From Eledone cirrhosa (taxonomy: Eukaryota), in NCBI GenBank assembly GCA_964016885.1, contig OZ024755.1:24056001-24120000 (forward strand): 64,000 nt of DNA, read 5' to 3'. Positions 1 to 12,495 of this stretch are shown piece by piece. Within the stretch, counting starts at the first letter, position 1. Each line of letters starts with the position of its first letter. The translations under genes and the position numbers were made by a program. The notes under the pieces were generated by a model. The model searched no databases. It was not told where the DNA came from and saw only the letters and a program-made list of their open reading frames with translations.

Positions 1-363
1 TTAACCTTTCTTACTACTAGTCTCATCTTCCTGTTTTTAATCACAATCTCTTCCCCCATATTTGTCATTTGTGCTCTATAAAATTGTTATATACAACTTC
101 CCTTTCATAATGTTTCCATTAGGTTTTGTAACCTAGTAGCTGAGTTAAGTTTTAGGTATATTTATACATTTTTATGATCACCCAGTCATGGGGTAGGAGA
201 GGCACCAATTAACAATCAGATAAATTATACACAGAGTAAGCATCTTGCTTACTTGTACACAGAATATACATTCACTCAGACCACACAAATTCACATAGAA
301 AAAATGCAAACAAAAGTATTGACCAGAGTCATGTAAAATGTTAACAAAATTTCTAGTTCATAA

Positions 364-554
364 CAGTGTGGATTGGCAGTATCGGTAGAGGTTCGGACAC
401 CATGCTTTGCAGCATTGAGTTATGGCCCTTGCCATTCTGAGTTCAAATCCCGCCGAGGTTAACTTTGCCTTTCATCCTTACGGGTCGATAAAATAAAGTA
501 GCAGTAATACACTGGAGTAATAGCTGGCCTTGTGCCAAAAGTAGAAACAATTAT
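364..554 (+). mobile_element. tRNA-derived SINE family A (Deu/Nin-like central domain)
   Basis: A box tggcagtatcggtag, B box gagttcaaatccc, core gcctttcatccttacgggtcgataaaat, tail ggccttgtgccaaaagtagaaacaatt. Confidence 0.85.
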
Positions 555-661
555 TTACACAGAAGCATACTATTTATTTCATATGATGTTTATTCATAAT
601 GTATAGTTTTTTGATACTTTTCCATACAAACACACCTGTTACAAGATAAATACATACACAT

Positions 662-1010
662 ACACATATGGAGGCACATGGCTTAGTGGTTAGAGCATTG
701 GCCTTGCAATCAAAAGGTTGTGAGTTCAATTCTCAGACTGGCGATATGTTGTTTCCTTGAGCAAGACACTTTATTTCACATTGCTCCAGTTTACTCAGCT
801 GTAGAAATGAGATGATAGGGAGTGGGGTCCCTATCATTCCACTGCAAAGTGGTCGTGGAGGTGCCACGGCAAAAAAGCACCCAGCACTCACTGTAAATGA
901 GGGTGGTGTTAGGAAGGGCATCCAGCTGTAGAAATCAAGCCAAAATCAGTTCCCGTCCCATCCTTGCAAGCAGGGAAAAAGCAGATGTAAAATGAAATGA
1001 TGATGATGAT
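662..1010 (+). mobile_element. SINE family B: tRNA head, CORE-like domain, RTE-LINE-type 3' tail ending in (ATG)n
   Basis: Head tggcttagtggttagag...gagttcaattctc; core ccttgagcaagacactt...ctgtagaaatgag; tail gaagggcatccagctgtagaaa shared with the LINE 3' UTR. Confidence 0.85.
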
Positions 1011-1260
1011 GAAGCATACTATTTATTACATATGATGTTTATTCATGATGTATAGTTTTTTTACACCTTTCCATACAAACACACCTGTTACAAGATAAAT
1101 ACATACACATGTAAATGTTAACATATTCACATTCATACTTTTAATATGTCTACATTCATAAACATATATATGTATTCACATTTAGGGCTTGATTTATTGG
1201 AGGCTGTAGGGTAAATGCCCTGGGATATAGTTTTGGAAATGTTATATATATATATATATA

Positions 1261-1359
1261 TGTCCCAAAAGAATGTATACACACTTTGATTATCTATACA
1301 GGCAATATTTATTAGAATGCTGCTGAAGTGTGTATACATTTTTTTGGGGACACCCTGTA
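1261..1359. mobile_element. Small Tc1/mariner-type MITE remnant
   Basis: TIRs tgtcccaaaagaatgtatacacactt and aagtgtgtatacatttttttggggacaccctg, ending in TA. Confidence 0.6.
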
Positions 1360-2069
1360 TCATCATCATCATCATCATCATCATTTTATGTCTGCTTTTC
1401 CCTGCTTGCATTATATATATCAATCCAATCAAATCAAATCCAGGGCCTTCTCACTCCTGAATATTCTTTTTAGAATAGCCGAATAATTTCCAGCTACCAT
1501 ATATTGATAGTAGTAAATTGATTAGCAAATAAAAGTAATGTTTGGATTTAGACTCATACATAAGTATGCACTGATGGGTGTGGATGCATTTGTAAACAAA
1601 GATATATGTAGGAAAATTATATAAATACATATACATTTACTTGCATACATTTTCATATAGACACACACAAGCATATACATATATACACATATACATTCAA
1701 TAAACATATGCCTGAAATTTTTAGATTGTATATGGATGGCTCCTGTGAATGGAATGTTAAAGAGGAGTATAGAGTAGTATCACCTGTATAAGAGACCGTG
1801 AGAGAAGGATGAGTGTGTGAAACAAACAAACATTGATGTACATCAGAATTAGTAGAGTCTGGTATACAGTGGGCCCCTCCTACTCCATCAGTACATACTG
1901 CAATGAAGCAGTTTTTTGAATGAAACAGTCTAACAAAAAATTGCTAATACAAAGTATGAGACACAGTGGAGGCTATAGGGTAATAGCATAGCATGACTGG
2001 AGTGAATGTTTTACTGGAGTTCTAAGAGTTAATAGTTCGTTAGAGTGTGATGTGTGTAATGTGCAGAGC

Positions 2070-2265
2070 TCCTTCTTCGCCGACAGAGTCCTCAAACAGC
2101 GGGTCCTGTCAGAAGCAACTGTCTCCAACTAATCTGGTTAGATCCCCAAGTGTGACCAGCCAAGCTCATGGATGTTATGCAACCATCTTGCTTGGGGTCT
2201 AGAATGTCTCAGAAAAGAATCACTGGACAGATTTTATGGGCAAAACCAACCAGTAAGAGATGTAC
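2070..2265 (-). mobile_element. 5'-truncated RTE LINE 3' end (family D; related copies near 3300-3440, 13180-13450, 57005-57335, 59365-59740, 63300-63430)
   Basis: Mutual similarity among copies; decayed GHVVR...RGRP frame in the longer copies; (GAA)n-like tails. Confidence 0.7.
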
Positions 2266-3942
2266 AGAGCATTGTGTTAAATAATTTCTTCTAGGTGCTG
2301 TCAGTAGTAAACTTCACATGTACTGCTGCACCACACTACTACAGTGTTATATAGCTTATCAATGTTGGCAACAGGAGCATATTAAAATTGATGAATTTTT
2401 AATGGCCTGCAATGCTGGATCCTTGGCTCCAAATTAGCATGAGTTGACCTATGAGATTTATGAAACAAACTGACATAATGTAAACTAGAGTGAAAGCAGT
2501 TGAACATCATCATCATCGTTTAACGTCCATTTTCCTTGCTAGCATGGGTTAAATGGTTGTCCCATTTGAGACAAGTTGGGTCAGGTGACCGTATCTTACT
2601 CATATACAACTGTTTCTGGCTAGGTTTCTATGGCTGGATGCCAACCACATTTACAGTATGGGCTGGGTGCTTTTTGCCGTGACTCCTATATGACCACTTA
2701 ATAGCGTGGGCTGGATATATATATATATAATCATCATCATTTTACGTCTGCTTTTCTCTGCTTGCAAGGATGGGACGGGTCCTATTCAGCACAGCATCTA
2801 TCCACTTGTCACAGTCCTTCATCATCTCCTCCGTGGTCCGCTCTTACCACCTCTGCCCATGTTTTTTGTGGTCTTCCTCTACTGCATCTTCTTTCTACTG
2901 GCATTTCTTGGCACTTCTCTACCCAGCAGTAAATATATTATTTATATGTAAGTGTATTCAATCTCTAATTTATAGCATCAAATGACTCATTAATTTTCAA
3001 TTAATTAAGAATTCCAAAATAGAGTTATTTTCTGTCTGTTCTTATCAACCTGTTGCTAATGAGCCAGTAAATGGTTAGTCATTTAGACAAAGTACAGTAT
3101 GGAACAATATGGATCTCATAACTCTCCAGTTAAGTGAGCAACATTAACTCAAATAATGAGTCATTTGAAACCGTAAATATATACACCTTGTTTGGGATAA
3201 ATTTGAAAGAGTCTAATTATCAAATTTTTTTGTCAGATATACCCTTATAACTGTGAAAAGTGAATGGCATTGTGACACCTAAACACTACAGTTTTAAAGA
3301 TCTTCTTCCTCTTCCCTTACCCACTTATCCCTGAGAGGGTCGTGGGGGCAGAGTCCTCAAGCATCCCTTCCAGCAGGTCCTGTCAGAAGCAACCCTCTCC
3401 AATGGATTTGGCTTGATGCACAAGCGAGATGTCAAAGTTAACTGAAATGGACAAATGGAAACCACCTGAATATTGGAAAAGGCTACCCTGCATCATGATG
3501 ATTCATGCCAGACATCAAAGTTCTGAAATCATGACAGCTGCTCAATGTTCTTGGAACACTGTAGAAGAAATGTCAAATGAAGAACTGCAACGGACACTAC
3601 AAGGCTGTGGTGGATGCTGAGGGTGGCTTCTTTGAGTGAATTTTCTCTTGATTGTTTTAATCTTTAAGCCACTTTCTATTTTTCCAATAAATTTATTTTT
3701 GGCTGAGATATTCACTTTTTTTCCCTTAAAACAAAAGAATCTGTTAAATTTAGCCCAAACACCCTGAATACACCTTGACAATTCTATCATAAAATGTATC
3801 AAAGTAGCTTACCAAATTTTAGAATTTGATGAGACAATGTCGCAAACTTATTATGACAACTATATTTTGGTAAATGTCCAAAAAATAATTATGATTTTAT
3901 AAGTTACACACCTTAAACTTTGAAATATGCTGCCTCTGTAAT

Positions 3943-6480
3943 TCATCATCATCATCATCATCTAACGTCCATCTTCCACGCTTGCATGGGTTTGGACGAG
4001 AGTTTTCCCACTTGAGGCAAGAGTGGTTGTCTTGCTCGCATAGGACTGTCTAGCGGGTTTTCTACGGCTGGATGCCCTTCCTAACACCAACCACATTTAC
4101 AGTGTGGACTGGGAGGTTTTTACCGTGTTACCTACACGGCCACATTACAGCGTGGACTGTGTGTTTTTTTTGTCGTGACACCTACACGACCTCATTTGTT
4201 TCGGACTGGATGTTTTGGTACCAACATAACTTTACATTGAAAGGGGTGGTGTGGATGGGGTGGGGGTAGTGGGACGGGGTGTATTTTTGTTAGAGGTGCC
4301 TACTGACTGTAGTAGGTTTCACTTTGTACTTAGGTAAGGCGGCTCTTCTGTATTACTGTGTAGCGCCAAAAATCTCGGTCCAGTGACATTGTCTTGGAGA
4401 GGTGTAAATGTGTGAGGTTGGAATTTATCAAGTCATCCCAGGTTTTTCTGGGTCTGCCTACTCCGTGGCTACCATTTATTTTTATTGTCCTGCACTTTTT
4501 TATGCCGCTATAGTTACCCCTATCTAGGGCATCTCCTTTACCCTTGTAGCAGTTAATGATGATGCTGCTACGCCAGTCCTTTGGAACAACCCCATTCTGT
4601 ATGACTTGGGACAACATTGTGACTGCTATGACGGAATCCATGGAGGCTATGGGTTTGGTACTAGAAATGAGGAAGGCTCCAGAATCCTGGAATTCTGTGA
4701 CGCAAATAACCTAACTATCTGTAACACTAACTTCAAAAAACGAGACAATCACTTGATCACCTACAGATCAGGGGAACATACCAGCCAGGTAGATTATATC
4801 CTTACCAGAAGATGTGACAGAGTGTCTGTTGTAAACACTAAATCCCTCCCCCATGAAGAATGCACCTCCCAACATAGACTGATAATTAGCGACCTCATAC
4901 TCAGGACGAGACGTACTCGACAACAGAAGAGGACTATCATCAGGAGAAAAATATGGAAGCTAAAGGACCCCACAGTCAGTAATAAATTTAAAAGCATATT
5001 ACTTGATGCTTTCAACAGTAAGGAAGAGCAATTAGAGTCGTACAATATAGAGGAACAGTGGGAATTCCTGAAAGCAAACCTGCTGATGGCGGCAGATGAA
5101 GTCTGTGGCTGGAGCAGGCCTATAGGCAGGAGGAGAGTAACGTGGTGATGGAACAGTAAGGTGGAGGAGTCAATTAAGGCCAAAAAGCAGGCTTGGGGAA
5201 AGTAGAGAAGACTATCAAGTGGCCAGGAGGGAAGCTAGGAGACAAGTGTACTTCGCAAGAAGGGAAGCAGAGGAAAGAAACCTCAAGCATGTTCTACAAC
5301 GCGAGGACCAAAAACGTGAGGTGTTCAGGATTGCTAGGCAATGTGTCAAGGAAAACCGTGATATTGTCGGGGAGGAGTGTGTCCTTAATGATGATGGTGT
5401 ACTTGCCATCACTGACGCTGATAAGAAGGTAGCTTGGAAGTGTCACTACGAAAGGCTACTAAATGAGGAGAATAAATGGGAGAAAGACAGTCTCCCCCAC
5501 ATCGATCCAATAGAGGGACCAGCAGTGTTAGTTGAAGGTAGTATAATAAGTAAGGCAATCAAAGATATGAAGACGGTTAAGGCGGCTGGGCCTTCGGAAA
5601 TAGTTGCTGAAATGCTGAAAGCTTCTGGAACGGTGGGACACACCATGGTCACCTGGATAGTAAACCAAGTCATACAGAATGGGATTGTTCCGAAGGACTG
5701 GCGTAGCAGCATCATCATTAACTGCTCCTCATTTCTAGTACCAAACCCATAGCCTCCATGGATTCTGTCATAGCCGTCACAATGTTGTCCAACGTGACCA
5801 TTTAGGTCGCCAGCAATAATTATATAGTCACTGTCGGTTATTTGGGAGGTAGTGAGCATCAGTGTCTCATAGAATCTGTCTTTTATAGTGCCAGGCAGTC
5901 CGGATTGGGGTGCGTACGCAGATATTACTGTCACAGTAGTTCTATTTAGAACAAGTCTTATTTTAATTATTCTGTCATTCACTCTATTTACGTCTATTAT
6001 CTTATCCACCCAATTTTTCTGCTAACATGATTCCTACCCCACCCAGCCCATTGTCCTTTCCCACCCAGAAGAGCTTATAGCATCGTTTTTTTACCCACAA
6101 TGAATCTAGCAGACCCGCCCCTCCACCTGGTCTCTTGGATACAGCAAACATCAACCTCCTTACGTTCAAGCATTTCTACAACCTCATTAGAGCGGCCTTT
6201 TAAGGTCCCTACAATCATGGTACCAACTCTGAAGTTTTGGATTGCGTTTGGTGGGTGGGGCGCAGGTAGGGATGAGGGGGATGGGGTTGGGGTTATGTTG
6301 GCCATCCGCGGCTGAAACAAAGAGGAGGAGTCCTTGCCCTTTCGTCCGGCAGCATGAGGTGAATTTGTCGTTATCTTTGGCATTGTCTCCAGATTCTTCA
6401 GACTCTCCAGAAATTCCTTAGTCCATCCATCATATCGAAAAGCAACCAGGAGAAGTGATAGCATAGGCCGCTGACTTATG
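3943..6480 (-). mobile_element. RTE-clade LINE, rearranged: APE endonuclease, internal inversion (about 4606-5726), reverse transcriptase core deleted, 3' UTR with (ATG)n tail
   Basis: APE motifs DVCCIQETRW, SAYAPQSG, AGDLNGHVG, QVDYIL and SQHRLII; pre-RT motifs KAAGPSEI, PKDW and YKGKGDALDRGNYSGI; C-terminal GRPRKTW. Contains stops and frameshifts. Confidence 0.92.
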
Positions 6481-8039
6481 ATTGGTCCAAATAATAATGG
6501 TGGAGAGTGGGGGCGGGAGGGAGGAGTATGGGGTAGTTAGCGAGGAGAAGGTTTTAAATAAAGCAATAAACAGTAACAAGCGATATACTGGGATTTTAAA
6601 ATACACAAGATTATTTAGAACAGCCAGACAGAATTATAGAATAGCATTGAGAAAGTAGGATTTGGATTCTGGGCGATTCTACAGATATATGGATGAATTA
6701 ACCGAAGGGTGGGGAGACAAGAAGAAAATGATATTTTTACATTACATTTCGTAGAAGTGGACTGACCATTAATAAGAGTTGACAAATTCTGAGATTTGTA
6801 CCTTGAAACAGGTTTATTTATATTTGGTGCGAGTAGGGATTGATCGAGAGAGAGAGACCAACAGGCACGTATGTGATAGAGAGGGGGGGGGGGTGATAGA
6901 GATTTAGAGAGCCGAGAGAGGCCAATTTTCTGTTTTAATTTTATTATCATAGCTTAAAGGAGAGTTAATTTTATCAAAATTGAAAATAAATTGTTATAAC
7001 AGTGACATAATTCAACATTGTTAATTATGTCTGTAAATGTAATAAAACAATTTTTTTATAATTTTATAGCACTATGAATCATTTTCAGTGATTTGTGTTG
7101 ATAATTTATTCATAAGAAAAGCACACGGGGATAAATATTGAGTTACTAATAAATTAAACTTCATTTCAGTTTCCAGGTAATAGACATGTTTTTCACAAAC
7201 ATATTTCAAGTGACAAGCATGGAAGCAACCACAGACTTCATTATAAAATCTATACAATATTATTTCATGACAGCACCTCTAGTCAAAACATGAACGCGAT
7301 CATATAAAAACAAATGTAAATTTTCCTGAAGCAAATTCAATCTTAACTATCACTGATATATAGAAAAGTTGTCATAGAAGACTGCAAAAAGTTTTATGTA
7401 TTTTGTGTTTTTCTTGATATTAAAAATAAATTGAATGATTGAGAAAATGCGACTATATTTGGTGTTTTATCTAACCTCAAGTAATTATTTCTTTGTGAGA
7501 TTAGCACACAAAATATAGGTCAGATGATGATTAGTAAGCATGGAAAAAGATGATGAAGGTGATGATAGTTTTTGTAGTCATAATTATTAAAAGCAAGATT
7601 TTAAAGATGATTTGAATATAAGCATAACAACAATAGTAATAGTTTTAGCAGATGTAAAACTAAGAGGAAAGTTGGTATTCTAAGAGATTTATTGCAATGT
7701 CAGTGCCCCAGCATGGCCTCAGCTTGTTGGCTGGAACGCATTATAGAGTAATGAAAATAAAGGGCTAAAATATAAACTAAATTAACAATGTTGGGGTCTC
7801 TTTTGCTAAAGGGAACAATGTAAGGAATAATTAAAGCAAATATTTATATAATACATTGTACAGCATATAAAAGATTTAATTTGACATAAGAAAGTATATT
7901 AAAGGATGAAATAATTTTGAGATTAAAATCTCCTAAGAGAGCAGAGAGTATAATTTTAACAAAAGCATAATAATCTCAGTCATACTGGATTTCATCAACT
8001 TTGATACAGATATGATGTTGTTCACTTAAGTCAGAGAAA

Positions 8040-8452
8040 ATATAGATATCTGGTGTTTTTGTAAATTAGATAATTATCTATGGGCATGAATCTTTGGTAA
8101 TGACCAAAAGAATATGATCGTGTGCAAGAAAAGGAGAAAATTAACTGGTACCAGGATGTAAAGTGGGAACTGAAAAGGATTTGGGACTGTCATGAGATAA
8201 AGGTCATCTCCCTTTTCATAGGAGCACTAGGTACTATCTCAGTGTTTCCAAGGCTGGTTTAAGAACATTAGCCCAGCCCCATCCTTTCTTTTTTTGGAAC
8301 ACTTCAAAAGGCATGTCTACTGGGAACAGGAAGGACCCTCCAATATGTCCTGAATATCTGAGGCTGCAGGTATTGATGTCCATCAGTGCAAATTTCCGGT
8401 TAAATAACATCAATGACTAAGATATACTACTACTACTATTAATAATAATAAA
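8040..8452 (+). mobile_element. 3' end of an RLE-type (R4/NeSL-like) non-LTR retrotransposon, decayed
   Basis: Peptide remnants EKINWYQDVKWELKRIWDCHEIKVISLFIGALGT and LQKACLLGTGR; (TAC/TAA)n tail. Confidence 0.7.
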
Positions 8453-8859
8453 TTGATCTAAAGATCAGTCTATAACTACATACTAATAGCTACTAAACAT
8501 AAGCCACTGACAGCAAATGGCAAACTTTACCTATTTTTCAAACTCCTCTTTGGAATAACAAATGCAGTACCAGCATATTAACAAATTATGAATTCTGTTG
8601 TAGATAACCATAATATTGCCAAGACATTTCTGTATTTAGATGATATCATAACTGGAAAGATTATTAAAGCAGAGCATGAGAATAATCTAGAATGTTTTGG
8701 GAAGTAGCAAAAGAAGCAAATATTACATAAAATAGTGAAGTGTGTGTATTTTGTACAACTAGTATTAAATTTTGGAGTCATCTTACAGAAAAATGGAACT
8801 AAGCACCCAAACCCTCACCTTCTAATATTCAACAATTTTGTTGCCCAATAGGATATTGT

Positions 8860-9170
8860 GAAACAAAGATTTGTGTGAGTGAGCAGGACAGGAACCAGTG
8901 ACAAAGCAGATTCTTCAAAGGAAGAGGAGCTGAATTGGACATAGCCTCAGGAAACCAGCATCCAACACTACATGCCAAGCCCTGACCTGGAACCCATAGG
9001 GTAAGAGGAAGAGAGCCCACCCCTGCAGCAACTGGAGGCATGACACTGAGGCTGAAGTAAGAAAACTGAAAGCAAACTGGAGTGGAGTGGCAAAAGCAGC
9101 CAGGATCATGTATGATGACAGAGGGTTGTCAATGGCCTATGCTCCACAGAGAGCGATGAGGCTGAATGAA
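8860..9170 (+). mobile_element. RTE LINE 3' fragment
   Basis: Peptide remnant IGHSLRKPASNTTCQALTWNP*GKRKR. Confidence 0.7.
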
Positions 9171-10075
9171 TAGGATGTTGTGCTTATAATGCAAAATGAA
9201 AAGAAAATTATCCTAATGAAATTGAACCTGCTGCTGAGCTGTATTAGCCATTGCCTTCCCCTTAGTCAATATTAGTGGCATAGAGAGGGGTGACTGGTAT
9301 ACATGGGCAACTGCTGGTCTTCCCACAAACAGATCTTACCCAGGCTTGTGGCTCGGAGGGAAAACTTTCTAGGTGCAAAACTATAGTCATTAGTGACCAA
9401 TGGAGTCCTTTAAATGTAGTTTAAGATGTGACAAAATATGACCAACTGTTGTATCACTTATGCCAGTATGAATTTACTAATGACAATAGAGGTCATAATC
9501 TAAGTAAAATGGAAATCCTTTGAGCTGATATTAAGCTATTAATCAATTGAACAGTCTATGCCACTGGTTACTTCGAAATGTTAAGAGCTTTCATGCAGTA
9601 GCCTAAAAGGTAAAATTGTAAACTGCATGAGTTAATGCTACAGCTATAATTAAAATTGGTGTACAAATAAAATGGCTCTAATGAAAGGAATACATCAACT
9701 GTAGGTGGAAATATTGAAAGAAGGGATAGTGAAATGGGTTTCAGTAATTATTACTGATCATAACTAATATTTGAATAGTGGATTACAAAGACATTGATTA
9801 AAATGCCTCTAATCGGGATCTATATATTGTTAACAGAGCCATTATGAGTTAAATTCTATGTAAATAAATGGACTCTAAGAAAACCAGCAATACAAATCTC
9901 CCCAGTGAATGGTCTCTATTGCAATACTTGTTTATAACAAAGTATATTTTATAACTCATGGATTGCTTGAAATGCTGTTTTATAGATTTCTGCTATAGTT
10001 AGGCACATTATACAAACAAATAGCACATTATCGAAAGTATTAAAATGATAGGTAATGAGGTATCATTTAAAGTGA

Positions 10076-10506
10076 ATAATTGTTTCTACTTTTGGCACAA
10101 GGCCAGCAATTATCCCAGTACATTACTGGTACTTTATTTTATCGACCCCGTAAGGATGAAAGGCAAAGTTAACCTCGGCGGGAATTGAACTCAGATCGTA
10201 AAGGGACGTAATGATAGTTAATCTAAAAGAAATAATGTATAACAAGGTATGAAAGATAATAAAAATGTGTTATTGATATCATTGTCTAATCATAATGGTT
10301 TCTGATTTAGGCACAAGGCCAGCAATTTTGGGGAAAGGGAAAGTGGATTAAATTGACCCCAGTGTGTGACTTTATTTTATCGACCCCATAAGGATGAAAG
10401 GCAAAGCTAACCTTGGTGGGATTTGAACTCGGAATGGAAAGGACCATAACTCTATGCCACGAAGCAGAGTATCCAATGCTCTACCGATACTGCCAACCCA
10501 CTGCCC
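10076..10506 (-). mobile_element. Two adjacent SINE A copies (about 10076-10210 partial, and 10292-10506)
   Basis: Reverse complement of the family A motifs. Confidence 0.85.
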
Positions 10507-10568
10507 TTCATAATGAACATTATAAAACAAGGAAAGTGTTTCCAGTGAGAGAAATTATGTAATGCCTT

Positions 10569-10949
10569 TGTAGCGGCCCCTTACAGCTGTGACTCAGCAT
10601 GTATAGGAGTTACGTCCCTTTGCGCGGGCGCGACTCCCAGCGGCAGATTCATGTACTAAACGGAGTTGCATCCCCCTGGGGACAATCAAGCCATAAACAC
10701 ACTCTACTCCTGAACGTCGAAGGGACAAGAACACCTGAGACTGTCAAGAGATGACTCCGGTTTCACTTCCTTTGCACCCAAGAAGAAGAACACCGGCAAC
10801 CTAAAGAAACACTTGAACCTTACCAAGAGATGATTTTCTGTTCTCCTTCACACACTCCAGTCTGGGAGTTGTGACCACCTGAACATCAACATGTGGTAAC
10901 AATTATTTATAACAATTTATTTGACTTCTGTGAAGTAAAACCATATCAC
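10569..10949 (+). mobile_element. Putative solo LTR
   Basis: GC/CpG-rich island bounded by TGT...ACA. No convincing target-site duplication. Confidence 0.35.
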
Positions 10950-11161
10950 AACTCACCTGCATTTATTGTCATTCTTGATAATATATATATACACTGATAC
11001 TAATTTCCCAAACCTTTTTAATTCTCAGTTGAAGCCACTTCACTTCACTTCACTTCACTTGAACTATTAATGCATTTGAGAAAGGCATGAATGTCACATA
11101 ATCTTTTAGTTTTGTCCTTGTGGTCCTATATCAAATTTAGAAATCAATGTTATTGGGGTGT

Positions 11162-11840
11162 TTAACACTTAAGCAATAAAACCGGCCATATCCAGCCAGA
11201 ATTCTCTCGCCTCTTTCTGTTTAAACTGGCAATAATCGGCCACTCCTACAGACATTAAGTTATTGTTCTCAAAATAAATTATATCAAAATCCCATAGATT
11301 TGATATTCTGAGAGTTAACTATGTAAGATAAAGCCTTTAATGCAAAAATACAATAGTAAATGGATACATTGAAGCTCCGACACCTGGCAACTGACTTGGT
11401 AAACACCCACAAAATTGTTAACCATCTTGCCAACAACAACCCTGAGTACCTTTTTGATTTCCATGCATCTAACACACGTGGGCATGCCCACGAAGTCAGA
11501 AAACAGCACAGTTCCCATGACTTTCGGAAACATTTTTTCATGCTCAGAGTTGCTGAAGCATGGAACAAACTACCTGCATCGGTTGTTAGCTGTCGAGACA
11601 CTGCATCCTTTAAGGCCTCCATGCTTCCCGAGATTCGCCAACACTACACCTAATGTTCCCCTTCCATACACATACACACATGTATATCATGACTCATACA
11701 CTATTCACTTCCCTGACATTGGTATATTATTCTATGTACTATACATGCACCTTTGACGAGTTGTAGTGCACCTGAGCACTTTACACAATAATTTCATTAT
11801 TATTATTAAATATAGAGTAATGTAAATGCTAAAGGGTTAA
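11162..11840 (+). mobile_element. piggyBac-like TTAA MITE (family C) interrupted by a CR1 fragment
   Basis: Termini ttaacacttaagca and tgctaaagggttaa; body matches 35709-35937. Confidence 0.8.
11362..11807 (+). mobile_element. 5'-truncated CR1-clade LINE 3' end
   Basis: Peptide NTRGH...RKHFFMLRVAEAWNKLPASVV; (ATT)n tail; short (T)AAAT duplication at the junctions. Confidence 0.85.
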
Positions 11841-12085
11841 ATGTGTATGAACTCAATGAACTAAACACATGATTCCAATAAACCAATGAATCTCATATTT
11901 ACTTATCATTTTGATATCAGTTACAAAATAAAACAAGTCACTCTATTGTGAGGTCATATATGGTCTATGATTTCAGCTGATAGCTTTTTATTAAATCTCC
12001 AGAAGGTAAATAAAATTGATGGTTCATGAATTTAAAGCCAGTTCAAGTACATAAATGTTGTATAGTACCTAACAATAAATAAACT

Positions 12086-12298
12086 TTAACCCTTTAGCAT
12101 GTACATTACTCTATATTTACTATTGTATTTGTTTGGTAAAGGCTTTACCTTACATAATATCATACATAATATCTCACATAATATCAAATCTATGAGATTT
12201 TGATGTTATTTATTTTGAGAAGAATACCTCATACCTCAGTATGAGAAGCCAGTTACAGCTGGTTTGAACAGAAAGAGGTGAGAGAGTGCCTCAGTTGG
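12086..12298 (-). mobile_element. MITE family C copy, one end lost
   Basis: Terminus ttaaccctttagcat plus the family body. Confidence 0.75.
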
Positions 12299-12495
12299 AG
12301 GACTAAAGCATCATTTGAAAGTGCACCAAAATAGGACCATAACATCTACTGTAAGAGGCCCCCATTGTTGCAACATCTGTGCAAGAGTGTGCAAGTCCCT
12401 AGCAGGATTAAAAAGCCATGTCCATGCTGCTCACACTTAAGTATAAAGTGGTAGCATTATTCGAAATCAAGTTGCAACTATCATGTATGTATGTA
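12299..12495 (+). mobile_element. RTE (BovB-like) 3' end with zinc finger
   Basis: Peptide CNICARVCKSLAGLKSHVHAAH. Confidence 0.6.

Noticed and set aside
670-742. tRNA genes at SINE heads (also 41339-41462 and 38055-38113)
   Set aside because: A and B boxes are present but there is no complete cloverleaf; most continue into SINE bodies.
4606-5752. Plus-strand ORFs as an independent gene or a second LINE
   Set aside because: They are the inverted middle of the minus-strand RTE LINE and contain stops and frameshifts.
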